NCBI GenBank assembly: GCA_016282315.1
Contig: JAEEKG010000031.1
Coordinates: 1 to 61,204 of the forward strand
Direction: 5' to 3'
Length of the DNA: 61,204 bases
Source: Clostridiales bacterium
GTDB lineage: Bacteria > Bacillota > Clostridia > Oscillospirales > CAG-272
The notes under the pieces were generated by a model. It was not told the origin of the DNA, searched no databases, and saw nothing but the letters and a program-made list of their open reading frames with translations. Of the stretch, positions 20,417 to 29,754 are shown piece after piece. Numbering within the stretch: the stretch's first letter is position 1; the number at the start of each line of letters is the position of its first letter. Position numbers and translations under genes: made by a program.

Positions 20417-20642
20417 GGCAGTGACCATGATCCCAGTAGATATTGTCGATTTTCAAAGAGATTTGCCGGTTGGTGCAAGGCAAAATAATTGGTAATATTC
20501 GAATTACAATCATGATAGCCTGAATTCCGGGTGCGACCGTTACATCGCTATAAAGGTCATAATTGAAATATTATGATGAAGCAGAGTGGTACAGCGATAA
20601 TCTCGCCTCTGCGCCTTAGGCGCGGGGGCGAGTATATTTTTT
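20417..20642 (+). promoter_or_regulatory. T-box leader (tRNA-sensing riboswitch), probable Tyr (UAC) specifier, with an intrinsic terminator
   Basis: Stem I has an AGUA S-turn, an AGAGA bulge and a GGUGCAA distal loop. The specifier loop ends ...GAAU-UAC-A (UAC at 20505-20507) just before helix AUCAUG/CAUGAU. The F-box CCGUUA is present. The T-box sequence AGAGUGGUACAGCG is at 20583-20596, with a GCAGAG/CUCUGC antiterminator. The terminator CTCGCCTCTGCGCC/GGCGCGGGGGCGAG plus a T-run spans 20602-20642. Confidence 0.85.
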
Positions 20643-20667
20643 AACAAAAAACAAAGGAGTCTATAAT

Positions 20668-21636
20668 ATGAAAAAAGTTTTATCTATTGTAATTGTAGTC
20701 GCTATGATTGCTACACTTGCATTGGCAGTTTCATCATGCGGCTCAACAGCTAAATACAAAGTTGGTATTATCCAGCTTGCTACACATGATGCGCTTGATG
20801 CAGCAACAGAAGGATTCAAAAAAGCTGTGATTGATGAACTCGGTCAGGCAAACGTAGAATTTATTTATCAGAACGCTGCTGGCGATTCAGCACAATGCGC
20901 AACTATCGTAAACAGTTTTGTTTCAAACAAAGTTGACCTCATTATGGCAAATGCTACAGCAGCTCTTCAGGCAGCAGCAAATGCTACAACAACAATTCCT
21001 GTTTTGGGAACATCTATTACAGACTATGCTTCAGCACTCGGTCTCAAAGATTTTAACGGAACAGTTGGAACAAACGTTTCAGGCACATCAGATCTTGCTC
21101 CTTTGAAAGAGCAGGCTGCTATGGTTGTAGAACTTTGCCCGGATGCTGATACAGTTGGTATCCTCTATTGTTCTGCAGAATCAAACTCAAAATATCAGGC
21201 AGATATCGTTGCAGTTGAACTCAAAGCAAAAGGTGTACAGAATGTTAAAATTTATACATTTGCAGATTCAAACGAAATTGCAACAGTTGTAACAAATGCT
21301 TGCCAGGAATGCGATGCTTTGTACATTCCAACTGACAACACTTGTGCAGAATGTGTTGAAACAATTTTCCCAATAACTGACGAGAAGAAAATACCTGTTG
21401 TTTGCGGCGAAGAGTCAATTTGTAAAGGATGTGGCGTAGCTACACTTTCAATCAGCTACTATAACATTGGTTATAAGACAGGTGTTATGGCTGCTAAGAT
21501 TCTCAAAGGAACATCAAAAGTTTCTGAGATGCCAATAGAATATGACGCGTCTCCCGTCAAGAAGTATATTGAATCAAGAACAAAAGCTTATGGAATTATA
21601 GTTCCAGAAACATATACAGCAATTGTAGAAAAATAA
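20668..21636 (+). CDS. ABC transporter substrate-binding lipoprotein (COG2984 / ABC_sub_bind type)
   Basis: Signal peptide with lipobox LAVSSC; KVGIIQLATHDALDAA...NAAGD pattern of the family. Confidence 0.8.
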   Translation: MKKVLSIVIVVAMIATLALAVSSCGSTAKYKVGIIQLATHDALDAATEGFKKAVIDELGQANVEFIYQNAAGDSAQCATIVNSFVSNKVDLIMANATAALQAAANATTTIPVLGTSITDYASALGLKDFNGTVGTNVSGTSDLAPLKEQAAMVVELCPDADTVGILYCSAESNSKYQADIVAVELKAKGVQNVKIYTFADSNEIATVVTNACQECDALYIPTDNTCAECVETIFPITDEKKIPVVCGEESICKGCGVATLSISYYNIGYKTGVMAAKILKGTSKVSEMPIEYDASPVKKYIESRTKAYGIIVPETYTAIVEK

Positions 21637-21706
21637 GAATTTGAATTACTAATCCGGATGGGCCCGGCTTTCTTGCAGGGCCCTCCAAAGTTTTAGAGGA
21701 ATCAAT

Positions 21707-22645
21707 ATGCCATTTATTAATGCGTTACCCGGAGCCATAGCTCAAGGCCTTGTATGGGCAATTATGGCAATCGGTGTTTACATTACTTTTAGAATATTGG
21801 ATATTGCTGATCTGACAGTTGATGGATCGTTTGCAACCGGTGGTGCTGTTCTTGGCATTTACGTTGTAAACTCAGATGGTAGTGCCGGATCAATAGCGGT
21901 AGGCATGCTCTTAGCGTTGCTTGCCGGTTTAGTTGCGGGTCTTGTTACCGGACTCATTCATACAAAACTGGGAATACCACCAATTTTGGCCGGGATATTG
22001 ACGCAGTTGATATTGTGGTCTGTCAATTTGACAATTATGGGTGGAAGAGCAAATGTAAGTGTAAACGGAAATCTGTATCCTGTATTTATCAGAATCCTGA
22101 ATTCCGGTGATTCTATATGGAAACTGGTTATAGTTGTTGGTCTTATAATTGCTTTATTGTATCTTTTCTTCGGAACAGAACTCGGAAGTTCAATACGCGC
22201 TACCGGAAACAATTTGAAAATGAGCCGTGCGCAAGGTATCAATGTAAATCTCAACAAGGTTATAGGGCTTATGCTCTCAAATGGTCTTGTTGCAGTTTCT
22301 GGCGCTCTTTTAACTCAATATCAGGGATTTGCGGATATCAATATGGGACGAGGTGCAATAGTAATAGGATTGGCTGCAGTCGTTATAGGTGAAGCTATCT
22401 TCTCAAAGATTGTAAAAAATTTCGCTTTGAGATTAATGGCTGTTTCTATAGGTGCTGTTATTTATTACATCGTATATCAATTTGTAATCAGTCTTGGAAT
22501 TAACACAAACCTGATGAAGATGCTTTCAGCTGTTGTTGTTGCAATATTCCTTGGTGTTCCATATTTGAAAAAGACACATCTTGATCCAATTTTAAAAGCT
22601 AGAAAAGAAAAGAAAGATGCTTCGGGAGGTGAAGACAATGCTTGA
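21707..22645 (+). CDS. ABC transporter permease (COG4120 type)
   Basis: Polytopic membrane protein adjacent to the binding protein and the ATPase. Confidence 0.8.
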   Translation: MPFINALPGAIAQGLVWAIMAIGVYITFRILDIADLTVDGSFATGGAVLGIYVVNSDGSAGSIAVGMLLALLAGLVAGLVTGLIHTKLGIPPILAGILTQLILWSVNLTIMGGRANVSVNGNLYPVFIRILNSGDSIWKLVIVVGLIIALLYLFFGTELGSSIRATGNNLKMSRAQGINVNLNKVIGLMLSNGLVAVSGALLTQYQGFADINMGRGAIVIGLAAVVIGEAIFSKIVKNFALRLMAVSIGAVIYYIVYQFVISLGINTNLMKMLSAVVVAIFLGVPYLKKTHLDPILKARKEKKDASGGEDNA

Positions 22646-23429
22646 ATTGCAAAATGTAACTAAAGTATTCAATCCCGGAACAGTCAATGAAAAAGTTGCT
22701 GTTAACAACCTTTCTTTGAAAATGGAAGATGGAGATTTTGTTACTGTAATCGGTAGCAATGGTGCAGGAAAAAGTACCATGTTGAATTTGGTTGCAGGCC
22801 TCTGGAAACCAGATAGTGGTAAAATATTAATAGATGACATAGATGTTACAAAAATGCCTGAACATAAAAGGGCAAAGTACATAGGTCGTGTTTTCCAGGA
22901 TCCTCATGATGGAACTGCAAGCGATATGAATATCGAAGAGAATCTTGCAATTGCAGCCAGGAGAGGAAAAAAACACACTTTAAAGTGGGGAATAAACAAA
23001 ACAGAAAGAGAATTATACAGAGAATTGCTTTCGGGATTAGGCCTTGGACTTGAAGATCGAATGACAAGCAAAGTGGGTTTATTGTCCGGAGGACAAAGAC
23101 AAGCCATTACATTATTGATGGCAAGTCTTGAATCGCCCAAAATTCTGCTTTTGGATGAGCACACAGCTGCTCTTGACCCTAAAACTGCAAAAGTAGTCCT
23201 TGAGTTAACTGATAAGATAGTCAGTCAAAATCACTTGACAACTATGATGGTAACTCACAACATGAAGGATGCAATTGCACATGGAAACAGACTTATAATG
23301 ATGAATAATGGTAGTGTTCTACTTGATATCAAAGGTGAGGAAAAGAAGAACCTGACAATAGAGGATTTGCTTGAAAAATTCAATCAGACATCAGGTCAGG
23401 TATTTGCAAGCGATAAAGCTTTGTTGTAA
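22638..23429 (+). CDS. ABC transporter ATP-binding protein (COG1101 type)
   Basis: ATG at 22638 follows GGGAGGTG. Walker A GSNGAGKST, signature LSGGQRQ, Walker B LLLDEH. Confidence 0.85.
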   Translation: MLELQNVTKVFNPGTVNEKVAVNNLSLKMEDGDFVTVIGSNGAGKSTMLNLVAGLWKPDSGKILIDDIDVTKMPEHKRAKYIGRVFQDPHDGTASDMNIEENLAIAARRGKKHTLKWGINKTERELYRELLSGLGLGLEDRMTSKVGLLSGGQRQAITLLMASLESPKILLLDEHTAALDPKTAKVVLELTDKIVSQNHLTTMMVTHNMKDAIAHGNRLIMMNNGSVLLDIKGEEKKNLTIEDLLEKFNQTSGQVFASDKALL

Positions 23430-23496
23430 AATGTAATTTCCTCCAAGAAAAGTAGGCACTTAAAAACAAAGTGACACAAACTCGGAGGGAAACAGT

Positions 23497-23553
23497 ATGT
23501 ATAACTATTATCGATTTATTTTGAGTACATATTTGCTCTCATCAGAGATGTGA
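23497..23553 (+). CDS. Candidate leader peptide MYNYYRFILSTYLLSSEM (18 aa; 4 Tyr and 1 Phe)
   Basis: GGAGGG SD lies 8 nt upstream of the ATG. It sits between the ABC operon and the aro operon, and a terminator hairpin lies 39 nt downstream of its stop. Confidence 0.35.
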   Translation: MYNYYRFILSTYLLSSEM

Positions 23554-23591
23554 TGTAATTTTTCCTAAACAGGGGTAAATTGGATTAATTG

Positions 23592-23633
23592 TCGCGGGAT
23601 CTGATGAATAGGTCTCGCGATATTTTTATTTTT
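23592..23633 (+). terminator. Rho-independent terminator or attenuator immediately upstream of the aro operon
   Basis: TCGCGGGATC / GGTCTCGCGA 10-bp stem (2 G-U pairs), 9-nt loop, then TATTTTTATTTTT. Confidence 0.65.
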
Positions 23634-23645
23634 ACGGAGAATGAA

Positions 23646-24848
23646 ATGATTTCACAAAAGCATCTTGAATACGGAATTCACAGTTCAGTAATCAGAGAAG
23701 TATTTGAATATGGTGTACAGAGAAAAGCAGAAATAGGAAAAGACAATGTTTTTGATTTCAGCCTGGGTAATCCCAGTATACCTGCACCAAAAAAAGTTAA
23801 TGAAACAATTAAAAAATTACTGAATGATAGTGATCCGACAGAACTTCACGGATATTCTTTGGGACCGGGCGATGAAGGAGTAAGAAAAGCAATTGCCTCA
23901 TACCTGAACGAAAAATATTCAGTTAATGAAAGTTACAAGAGGATTTATATGACCTGCGGAGCAGCAGCTTCTCTCAGTATATCTTTAAATGCGCTGTTGA
24001 ATGAAGATGATGAAGTTATTGTTCTCACGCCGTATTTTCCAGAGTACAGAGTCTTTGTCGAGCATACAGGTGCTAAAGTGGTTGAAGTACAATGCGATGA
24101 AAACACCATGCAGCCCGATGTTTCAAGAATTGAATCTGCTATCAATGAAAAAACTAAAGCGATAATTATCAACAGTCCGAATAACCCGACAGGTGCTATT
24201 TATTCAAGTATGGTGTTGGCAGAAATCGCCGGTGTTGTTTCAGATAAAGAAATACAATATTCTCATCCGATATATGTTTTGTCCGACGAACCATACAGAG
24301 AATTGGCATACGAAGTTAGCGTTCCATATATTGCTAAATATTTCAAAAATGCAATCATTTGCTATTCATTTAGCAAGGCTCTTTCAATTCCAGGAGAAAG
24401 AATAGGATATATATGTGTTTGCGAACGTTGCGAAGATGGTGACATTGTTTTCAAAGCGATTTGCGGAGCGGGTAGAGCTATGGGTTATGTATGTGCCCCT
24501 GTATTGTTCCAGAAAATGTTACCGGAACTTCTCGGAATCACTTCAAACATAGAAGATTATGATAAAAACAGAAGAGAAATTAAGAGAATACTGGATGAAT
24601 GTGGTTTTAAATATATAGATCCTCAAGGTGCATTTTATATTTTCATCAAATCACCCTCGGGAAGTGCGCTGGATTTTTGCGAAGAAGCTAAAAAATGTGA
24701 AATACTGCTTGTCAGAGGCAATGAATTCGGTGCACCATCTTATGCGAGAGCAGCGTATTGTGTCTCTTACAAGATGATAAAAGATTCAGAAAATGCTTGG
24801 AAAAAGCTTGCTGAGCAATACGGAATGAAAGGCAAAGACAATGATTAA
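23646..24848 (+). CDS. Class I/II PLP-dependent aminotransferase (aromatic/aspartate type)
   Basis: ATG at 23646 follows GGAG. The SFSKALSIPGERIG PLP-lysine motif is present. The track start at 23589 is TTG and would run through the terminator. Confidence 0.85.
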   Translation: MISQKHLEYGIHSSVIREVFEYGVQRKAEIGKDNVFDFSLGNPSIPAPKKVNETIKKLLNDSDPTELHGYSLGPGDEGVRKAIASYLNEKYSVNESYKRIYMTCGAAASLSISLNALLNEDDEVIVLTPYFPEYRVFVEHTGAKVVEVQCDENTMQPDVSRIESAINEKTKAIIINSPNNPTGAIYSSMVLAEIAGVVSDKEIQYSHPIYVLSDEPYRELAYEVSVPYIAKYFKNAIICYSFSKALSIPGERIGYICVCERCEDGDIVFKAICGAGRAMGYVCAPVLFQKMLPELLGITSNIEDYDKNRREIKRILDECGFKYIDPQGAFYIFIKSPSGSALDFCEEAKKCEILLVRGNEFGAPSYARAAYCVSYKMIKDSENAWKKLAEQYGMKGKDND

Positions 24849-25935
24849 AGAAGAAAAATTGACTGAAGCAAGAAAACAAATCAATCAGATTGATGATGAG
24901 ATGGCAAAACTCTTTGAAAAGAGAATGGAAGTTACAAAGAATATTGCTGACTATAAAAAAGAACATGGTCTTCCTATAAAAGACAAAAGACGTGAAAATG
25001 AAGTGGTTGAAAGACTGTTGTCTAACATTGCTGATGAAACAATCAGGCAGTATTATGTGCGCTTTATACGCAACACAATAGACATTTCATGTGATTATCA
25101 ATATGCTTTGTCTGAAGGATCAAAAGTGGCTTATTGCGGCGAAAAAGGTGCTTTTGCATACTTTGCTTTAAAACATATTTTCCCATACAGCAAAGAATGC
25201 AGATACGACAATTTTCAAGATGCTTATGAAGCTGTTTTAAATGGTGAATGCGATTATGCAGTGCTTCCAATGGAAAACAGTGCTTCAGGCGAAGTAGGAC
25301 AAGTAACAGACATGCTTTTTTCAGGACCTCTTTTTGTCACTGCGATGTATGATATGCCTATCAATCAGTCATTGATCGGAATTAACGGATCAATGCTTAA
25401 AGATATAAAGAAAGTATACAGTCATCCACAGGCATTGTCTCAATGTGCAAAGTATTTGCAAAGACATAACATAGAAGTAATTGAAACTTCCAGCACATCA
25501 GCTGCTGTTAAATATGTGTCTGAATTGAATGACAAAACAGTTGCAGCCATAGGATGCGGTCAAGCGGCTGACATGTATGGCTTAAACGTAATTGATCCTA
25601 TAATCAATGAACAAAGGGCAAATACAACAAGATTCGGTGTCTTTTCAAGGGCTTTGTCTGACACAGCCGGCAAGAACCCGGGAGACAATTTTATCCTAAC
25701 CTTCACTGTTAAAAATGAAGCAGGTGCACTTGCTGAAGCAGTAGGCATCATATCTTCATATGAATTCAACATGAGAACATTGAGAAGCAGACCGATGAAA
25801 GATTTGCTTTGGAACTATTATTTCTTCGTTGAAGCTGAAGGCGACATAATGAGTGAATCAGGAAAAGCAATGATGAGAGCGCTCTCTTGTTGTTGTGACA
25901 AACTGAAAGTGGCAGGTATTTATCAATACAAGTAA
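24841..25935 (+). CDS. pheA: Bifunctional chorismate mutase / prephenate dehydratase (P-protein)
   Basis: N-terminal CM_2 helix bundle (IDDEMAKLFEKRMEV), a PDT domain (TRFGVF) and a C-terminal ACT domain. Confidence 0.9.
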   Translation: MIKEEKLTEARKQINQIDDEMAKLFEKRMEVTKNIADYKKEHGLPIKDKRRENEVVERLLSNIADETIRQYYVRFIRNTIDISCDYQYALSEGSKVAYCGEKGAFAYFALKHIFPYSKECRYDNFQDAYEAVLNGECDYAVLPMENSASGEVGQVTDMLFSGPLFVTAMYDMPINQSLIGINGSMLKDIKKVYSHPQALSQCAKYLQRHNIEVIETSSTSAAVKYVSELNDKTVAAIGCGQAADMYGLNVIDPIINEQRANTTRFGVFSRALSDTAGKNPGDNFILTFTVKNEAGALAEAVGIISSYEFNMRTLRSRPMKDLLWNYYFFVEAEGDIMSESGKAMMRALSCCCDKLKVAGIYQYK

Positions 25936-25944
25936 GGTGATTGC

Positions 25945-26961
25945 ATGGAAATAAGAGTGAATTTGGCAGAAAACAGTTACAGTATTACCATTCAGAATGG
26001 TGCATTGAAAAACTGCGGAGATTTATTGTCAAAATACAATAGAGTATTAATAGTAACAGATTCAAAAGTGCCGAAAGAGTATTCTGAAGCACTATCTGGT
26101 TGCGCAGGAAAAAAAGCTGTCGTTTATGTAATGCCATCAGGAGAAGAGAACAAAAACTTTGACACTCTTACTAAGATATGCAGTTTTATGTTGAAAAACA
26201 ATTTTACAAGAAAAGATTGCGTATGCGCAGTTGGAGGAGGAGTTGTAGGTGATACAGCTGCGTTTGCAGCCTCCATTTACATGAGAGGAATAGACTTCTA
26301 TAACTTTCCAACAACACTTTTATCCATGGTGGATTCTTCTTCGGGAGGAAAAACAGGAATTGATCTGGATGACGTAAAAAATGCTGTAGGTACATTTTAT
26401 CAGCCAAAAAGTGTTGTTATAGATCCTACTGTACTAAAAACATTGGATAAAAGACAAATTAATTGCGGACTATCTGAAGCATTGAAGATGGCAGCTACTT
26501 TTGATGAACAACTTTTTGATTTCATTTCTAATTCTAATTTTAGTGATGAAGATATGACATATATCATTCAGAGAAGTGTTGAACTCAAAAAGAGCATAGT
26601 AGAACAGGATGAAAAAGAGAAGAATGTACGCAAATCTTTGAATTTCGGTCATACAATAGGCCATGGAATTGAAGAGTCAGCTAATGAATCATTGCTTCAT
26701 GGAGAATGTGTTGCAATTGGTATGGTTGCAATGAGCGACAAAAAAGCAAAACAAAAGATAACAAAAGCTTTGAATAGAATAGGATTACCAACTAGTGCTT
26801 CTTTTGATGAAAGAAGTGTGATTGAGACAATCATGCATGACAAAAAGTCAACAGGTGACGGGAAAGTAAGCGTTGTATTGGTTGAAGAGATAGGTCAATA
26901 CAAATTTGTAGATATGACAAAAGAAGAATTGCTGAACAGATTGTCAGCAGTAAAAAGATAA
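25945..26961 (+). CDS. aroB: 3-dehydroquinate synthase
   Basis: GGGVVGDTAAFAA, DSSSGGKTGI and HGECVAIGM motifs. Confidence 0.9.
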   Translation: MEIRVNLAENSYSITIQNGALKNCGDLLSKYNRVLIVTDSKVPKEYSEALSGCAGKKAVVYVMPSGEENKNFDTLTKICSFMLKNNFTRKDCVCAVGGGVVGDTAAFAASIYMRGIDFYNFPTTLLSMVDSSSGGKTGIDLDDVKNAVGTFYQPKSVVIDPTVLKTLDKRQINCGLSEALKMAATFDEQLFDFISNSNFSDEDMTYIIQRSVELKKSIVEQDEKEKNVRKSLNFGHTIGHGIEESANESLLHGECVAIGMVAMSDKKAKQKITKALNRIGLPTSASFDERSVIETIMHDKKSTGDGKVSVVLVEEIGQYKFVDMTKEELLNRLSAVKR

Positions 26962-26972
26962 GGAGGGCGGCA

Positions 26973-28085
26973 ATGAAGAATACAATCGGCAACAGTGTTT
27001 CGGTTACGCTTTTTGGAGAGAGTCACGGAAAAAGCATTGGGGCAGTAATAGACGGTATGGCTCCCGGCATAAAAGTCAGTGATGAAATGATAGAAAAAGC
27101 ACTTCTAAAAAGACGCCCGAAGGGAAACATTTCGACATCAAGAAAAGAAAAAGACAAATTTGAAATTGTAAGCGGTGTGTTCAATGGCTATACAACAGGA
27201 ACCCCTATTTGCATTGTCATTCCAAACGAGGATGTTGATGATTCCGTGTATGAGAAAATGAATGGTAAAGTCAGACCTTCTCACGCTGATTATACTGCTC
27301 ATCTTAAATATAATGGTTTTGAAGATTACAGGGGCGGCGGACATTTCTCCGGAAGACTCACAGCTGCCATAGTAGCAGCAGGAGCAATTGCCAAAGCAGC
27401 TCTTGATGAAGTTAATATAAAAATCGGAACACATTTGAAAAAATGTGCCGGTGTCAGTGACAGACAATTAGGCGATTATACTAAAGATATAGAATTGCTT
27501 GATAGCAAAGATTTTCCTGTTTTGTGCGAAAAAGCAGAAGCAGAGATGAAAAGTGCAGTTGAGAAAGCCAAACAAGAACAGGATTCTGTAGGTGGTGTTG
27601 TTGAGACAGTTATTCTCAATGTTCCGTGTGGCGTTGGAGAGCCATTCTTTGATTCTGTTGAAAGTCAATTGGCTCACGCAATGTTTTCAATACCAGCAGT
27701 CAAAGGCGTCGAATTCGGAGCCGGTTTTGGCATTTCGGATATGCTCGGAAGCAGTGCAAATGATGAATTTGAAGTAGCTGGCGGAAAAGTGGTTACCAAA
27801 ACAAACAATAATGGTGGAATAAACGGAGGCATATCAAACGGAATGCCTATTCTGTTCAGTGTAGCAATTAAACCAACACCATCCATCGGAAAAACACAGA
27901 ATACAATTGATATAAAAACATGTGAAAATACAGAAATAACCATAAACGGCAGACATGATCCATGCATTGCGCACAGAGCATGCCCTGTTGTTGAAGCATT
28001 AGCAGCAATCACTTTATGTGATTTGCTATCACAAAAATATGGAACAGATTTTCCCAGAACTATTAAAAGCGGAGACAAAAAATGA
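26973..28085 (+). CDS. aroC: Chorismate synthase
   Basis: FGESHG, RPSHADY and GGGHFSGR signatures. Confidence 0.95.
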   Translation: MKNTIGNSVSVTLFGESHGKSIGAVIDGMAPGIKVSDEMIEKALLKRRPKGNISTSRKEKDKFEIVSGVFNGYTTGTPICIVIPNEDVDDSVYEKMNGKVRPSHADYTAHLKYNGFEDYRGGGHFSGRLTAAIVAAGAIAKAALDEVNIKIGTHLKKCAGVSDRQLGDYTKDIELLDSKDFPVLCEKAEAEMKSAVEKAKQEQDSVGGVVETVILNVPCGVGEPFFDSVESQLAHAMFSIPAVKGVEFGAGFGISDMLGSSANDEFEVAGGKVVTKTNNNGGINGGISNGMPILFSVAIKPTPSIGKTQNTIDIKTCENTEITINGRHDPCIAHRACPVVEALAAITLCDLLSQKYGTDFPRTIKSGDKK

Positions 28086-29314
28086 AATATGGATTAATAG
28101 GGGAAAAGCTAGGTCATAGTTTTTCAAAAGAAATTCACGAGATGCTCGGAAACAAAGAGTATGAGATTGTAGAAGTACCTAGTGACGAACTTGATGATTT
28201 TATCCTCAAAAAAGATTATGTAGGTATAAACGTTACAATTCCATACAAAGAAAGAGTTATGCCTCATCTCGATTACATCAGCCCTGAAGCCAAACAAATC
28301 GGATCAGTTAATACAATTGTAAATAGAGATGGCAAATTGTATGGGTACAATACAGATTTCTTTGGCTTAAAAGACCTCATATTGTCTCAGAACATGAGTC
28401 TTACAGGAAGAAAAGTCCTCATACTTGGAACCGGCGGAACAAGTAAGACAGCTGAATGCGTGGCAAAAAGCCTTGGAGCATCTAAAGTTATCAAGGTCAG
28501 CAGAACCGGAAAAGAAGGTTCACTAACATATGACCAAAAAGATGCATACAAAGATTCTGATTACATTATAAACACTACTCCTGTAGGTATGTATCCGAAA
28601 ACGGATGATTTGCCAATAGATCCGGGAATGTTTATGAAACTCAGAGGAGTAATAGATGTAGTATATAACCCTCTTAAGACTAAAATGGTAATCTGGACAA
28701 CCAAACTTGGAGTCAATGCTTGTAACGGATTGTATATGCTGGTATCTCAGGCAGTGAAGAGTTCAGAATTGTTTTTGAACAAGAATTATCCTTACGGCAC
28801 AACTCAAAAACTATACAGAGCAGTTTACATGGATAAACTCAATGTTGTTCTGACAGGAATGCCAGGCAGTGGAAAAACCACAATAGGAAAAATAGTTGCA
28901 GAAAGGCTTAATAAAGAATTCATAGACCTGGATGACTATTTCGAAGAAAAGAACGGCATGTCAGCCGGAGATTACATAAAAAAATACGGCGAAAAAGAAT
29001 TCAGAGAAGCTGAATCTGTTGTCGTAGCTGAAACTTCAAAAAAAACAGGATGCGTTATTGCAACTGGTGGCGGAGCAGTGTTAAGAGCTGAAAACGTTGA
29101 AAAAATGAAGATTAACGGGCGCATATATTTTCTTAATCGCTCGCTTGAAAAAATACAACCAACAAGTGACAGACCATTGTCTGCTTCATACGAATCATTA
29201 AAAATGAGATATGATGAAAGGATTGCTATATACCGTTCAACTGCTGACAGCATAATAGCTGATGATGGCTCAGTTGAGGATGCGGTAGATAGAATAATTG
29301 TTTTGGCAAAATGA
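28082..29314 (+). CDS. Fused shikimate dehydrogenase (N) / shikimate kinase (C)
   Basis: The N-half has GLIGEKLGHSFS, NVTIPYK and GTGG. The C-half, from about residue 255, has the P-loop GMPGSGKTTIG and GGGAV. Confidence 0.85.
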   Translation: MKYGLIGEKLGHSFSKEIHEMLGNKEYEIVEVPSDELDDFILKKDYVGINVTIPYKERVMPHLDYISPEAKQIGSVNTIVNRDGKLYGYNTDFFGLKDLILSQNMSLTGRKVLILGTGGTSKTAECVAKSLGASKVIKVSRTGKEGSLTYDQKDAYKDSDYIINTTPVGMYPKTDDLPIDPGMFMKLRGVIDVVYNPLKTKMVIWTTKLGVNACNGLYMLVSQAVKSSELFLNKNYPYGTTQKLYRAVYMDKLNVVLTGMPGSGKTTIGKIVAERLNKEFIDLDDYFEEKNGMSAGDYIKKYGEKEFREAESVVVAETSKKTGCVIATGGGAVLRAENVEKMKINGRIYFLNRSLEKIQPTSDRPLSASYESLKMRYDERIAIYRSTADSIIADDGSVEDAVDRIIVLAK

Positions 29315-29754
29315 AAATACTTGTTATAAACGGACCTAATCTGAATATGCTTGGAATCAGAGAACCGGATATTTATGGTAAAGAGACATACGAATCTCTG
29401 GTTGAAAAACTTCACTCATATTGCAAAGAAAAAGGTGTAGAAGTGAAGACATATCAATCTAACCATGAAGGAGATATTGTTGACACTATTCAATCAGCAT
29501 ATAAAAGATTCGATGGCATAGTTATTAATCCCGGTGCATATACTCACACCAGTATAGCTATTCTTGATGCATTGAAGGCAGTTGGACTGCCTGCTGTTGA
29601 AGTGCATATTTCTGATGTTGATTCTAGAGAACCATTCAGACAAATCAGCTATGTTGGGCTCTATTGTTTTAAAACTATCAAGGGACACGGAACAAATGGA
29701 TATTTTGAAGCTATAGACGCACTACTCAATACAAATGGAGAAAGCAAATGCTGA
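29311..29754 (+). CDS. aroQ: Type II 3-dehydroquinate dehydratase
   Basis: ILVINGPNLNMLGIREP..YG and NPGAYTHTS motifs. Confidence 0.9.
   Translation: MKILVINGPNLNMLGIREPDIYGKETYESLVEKLHSYCKEKGVEVKTYQSNHEGDIVDTIQSAYKRFDGIVINPGAYTHTSIAILDALKAVGLPAVEVHISDVDSREPFRQISYVGLYCFKTIKGHGTNGYFEAIDALLNTNGESKC

Noticed and set aside
23589-23645. Track start (TTG) giving the aminotransferase a 19-aa N-terminal extension
   Set aside because: The extension runs through a strong terminator hairpin and T-tract. The ATG at 23646 has a GGAG SD and matches the usual aminotransferase N-terminus.
27674-28078. 134-aa minus-strand ORF inside aroC, and similar antisense ORFs inside aroE-K (28972-29415), the yybS-like gene (34796-35227) and the RCC1 gene (56791-57279)
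   Set aside because: All lie fully inside strongly supported genes on the other strand and have no start-site signals.
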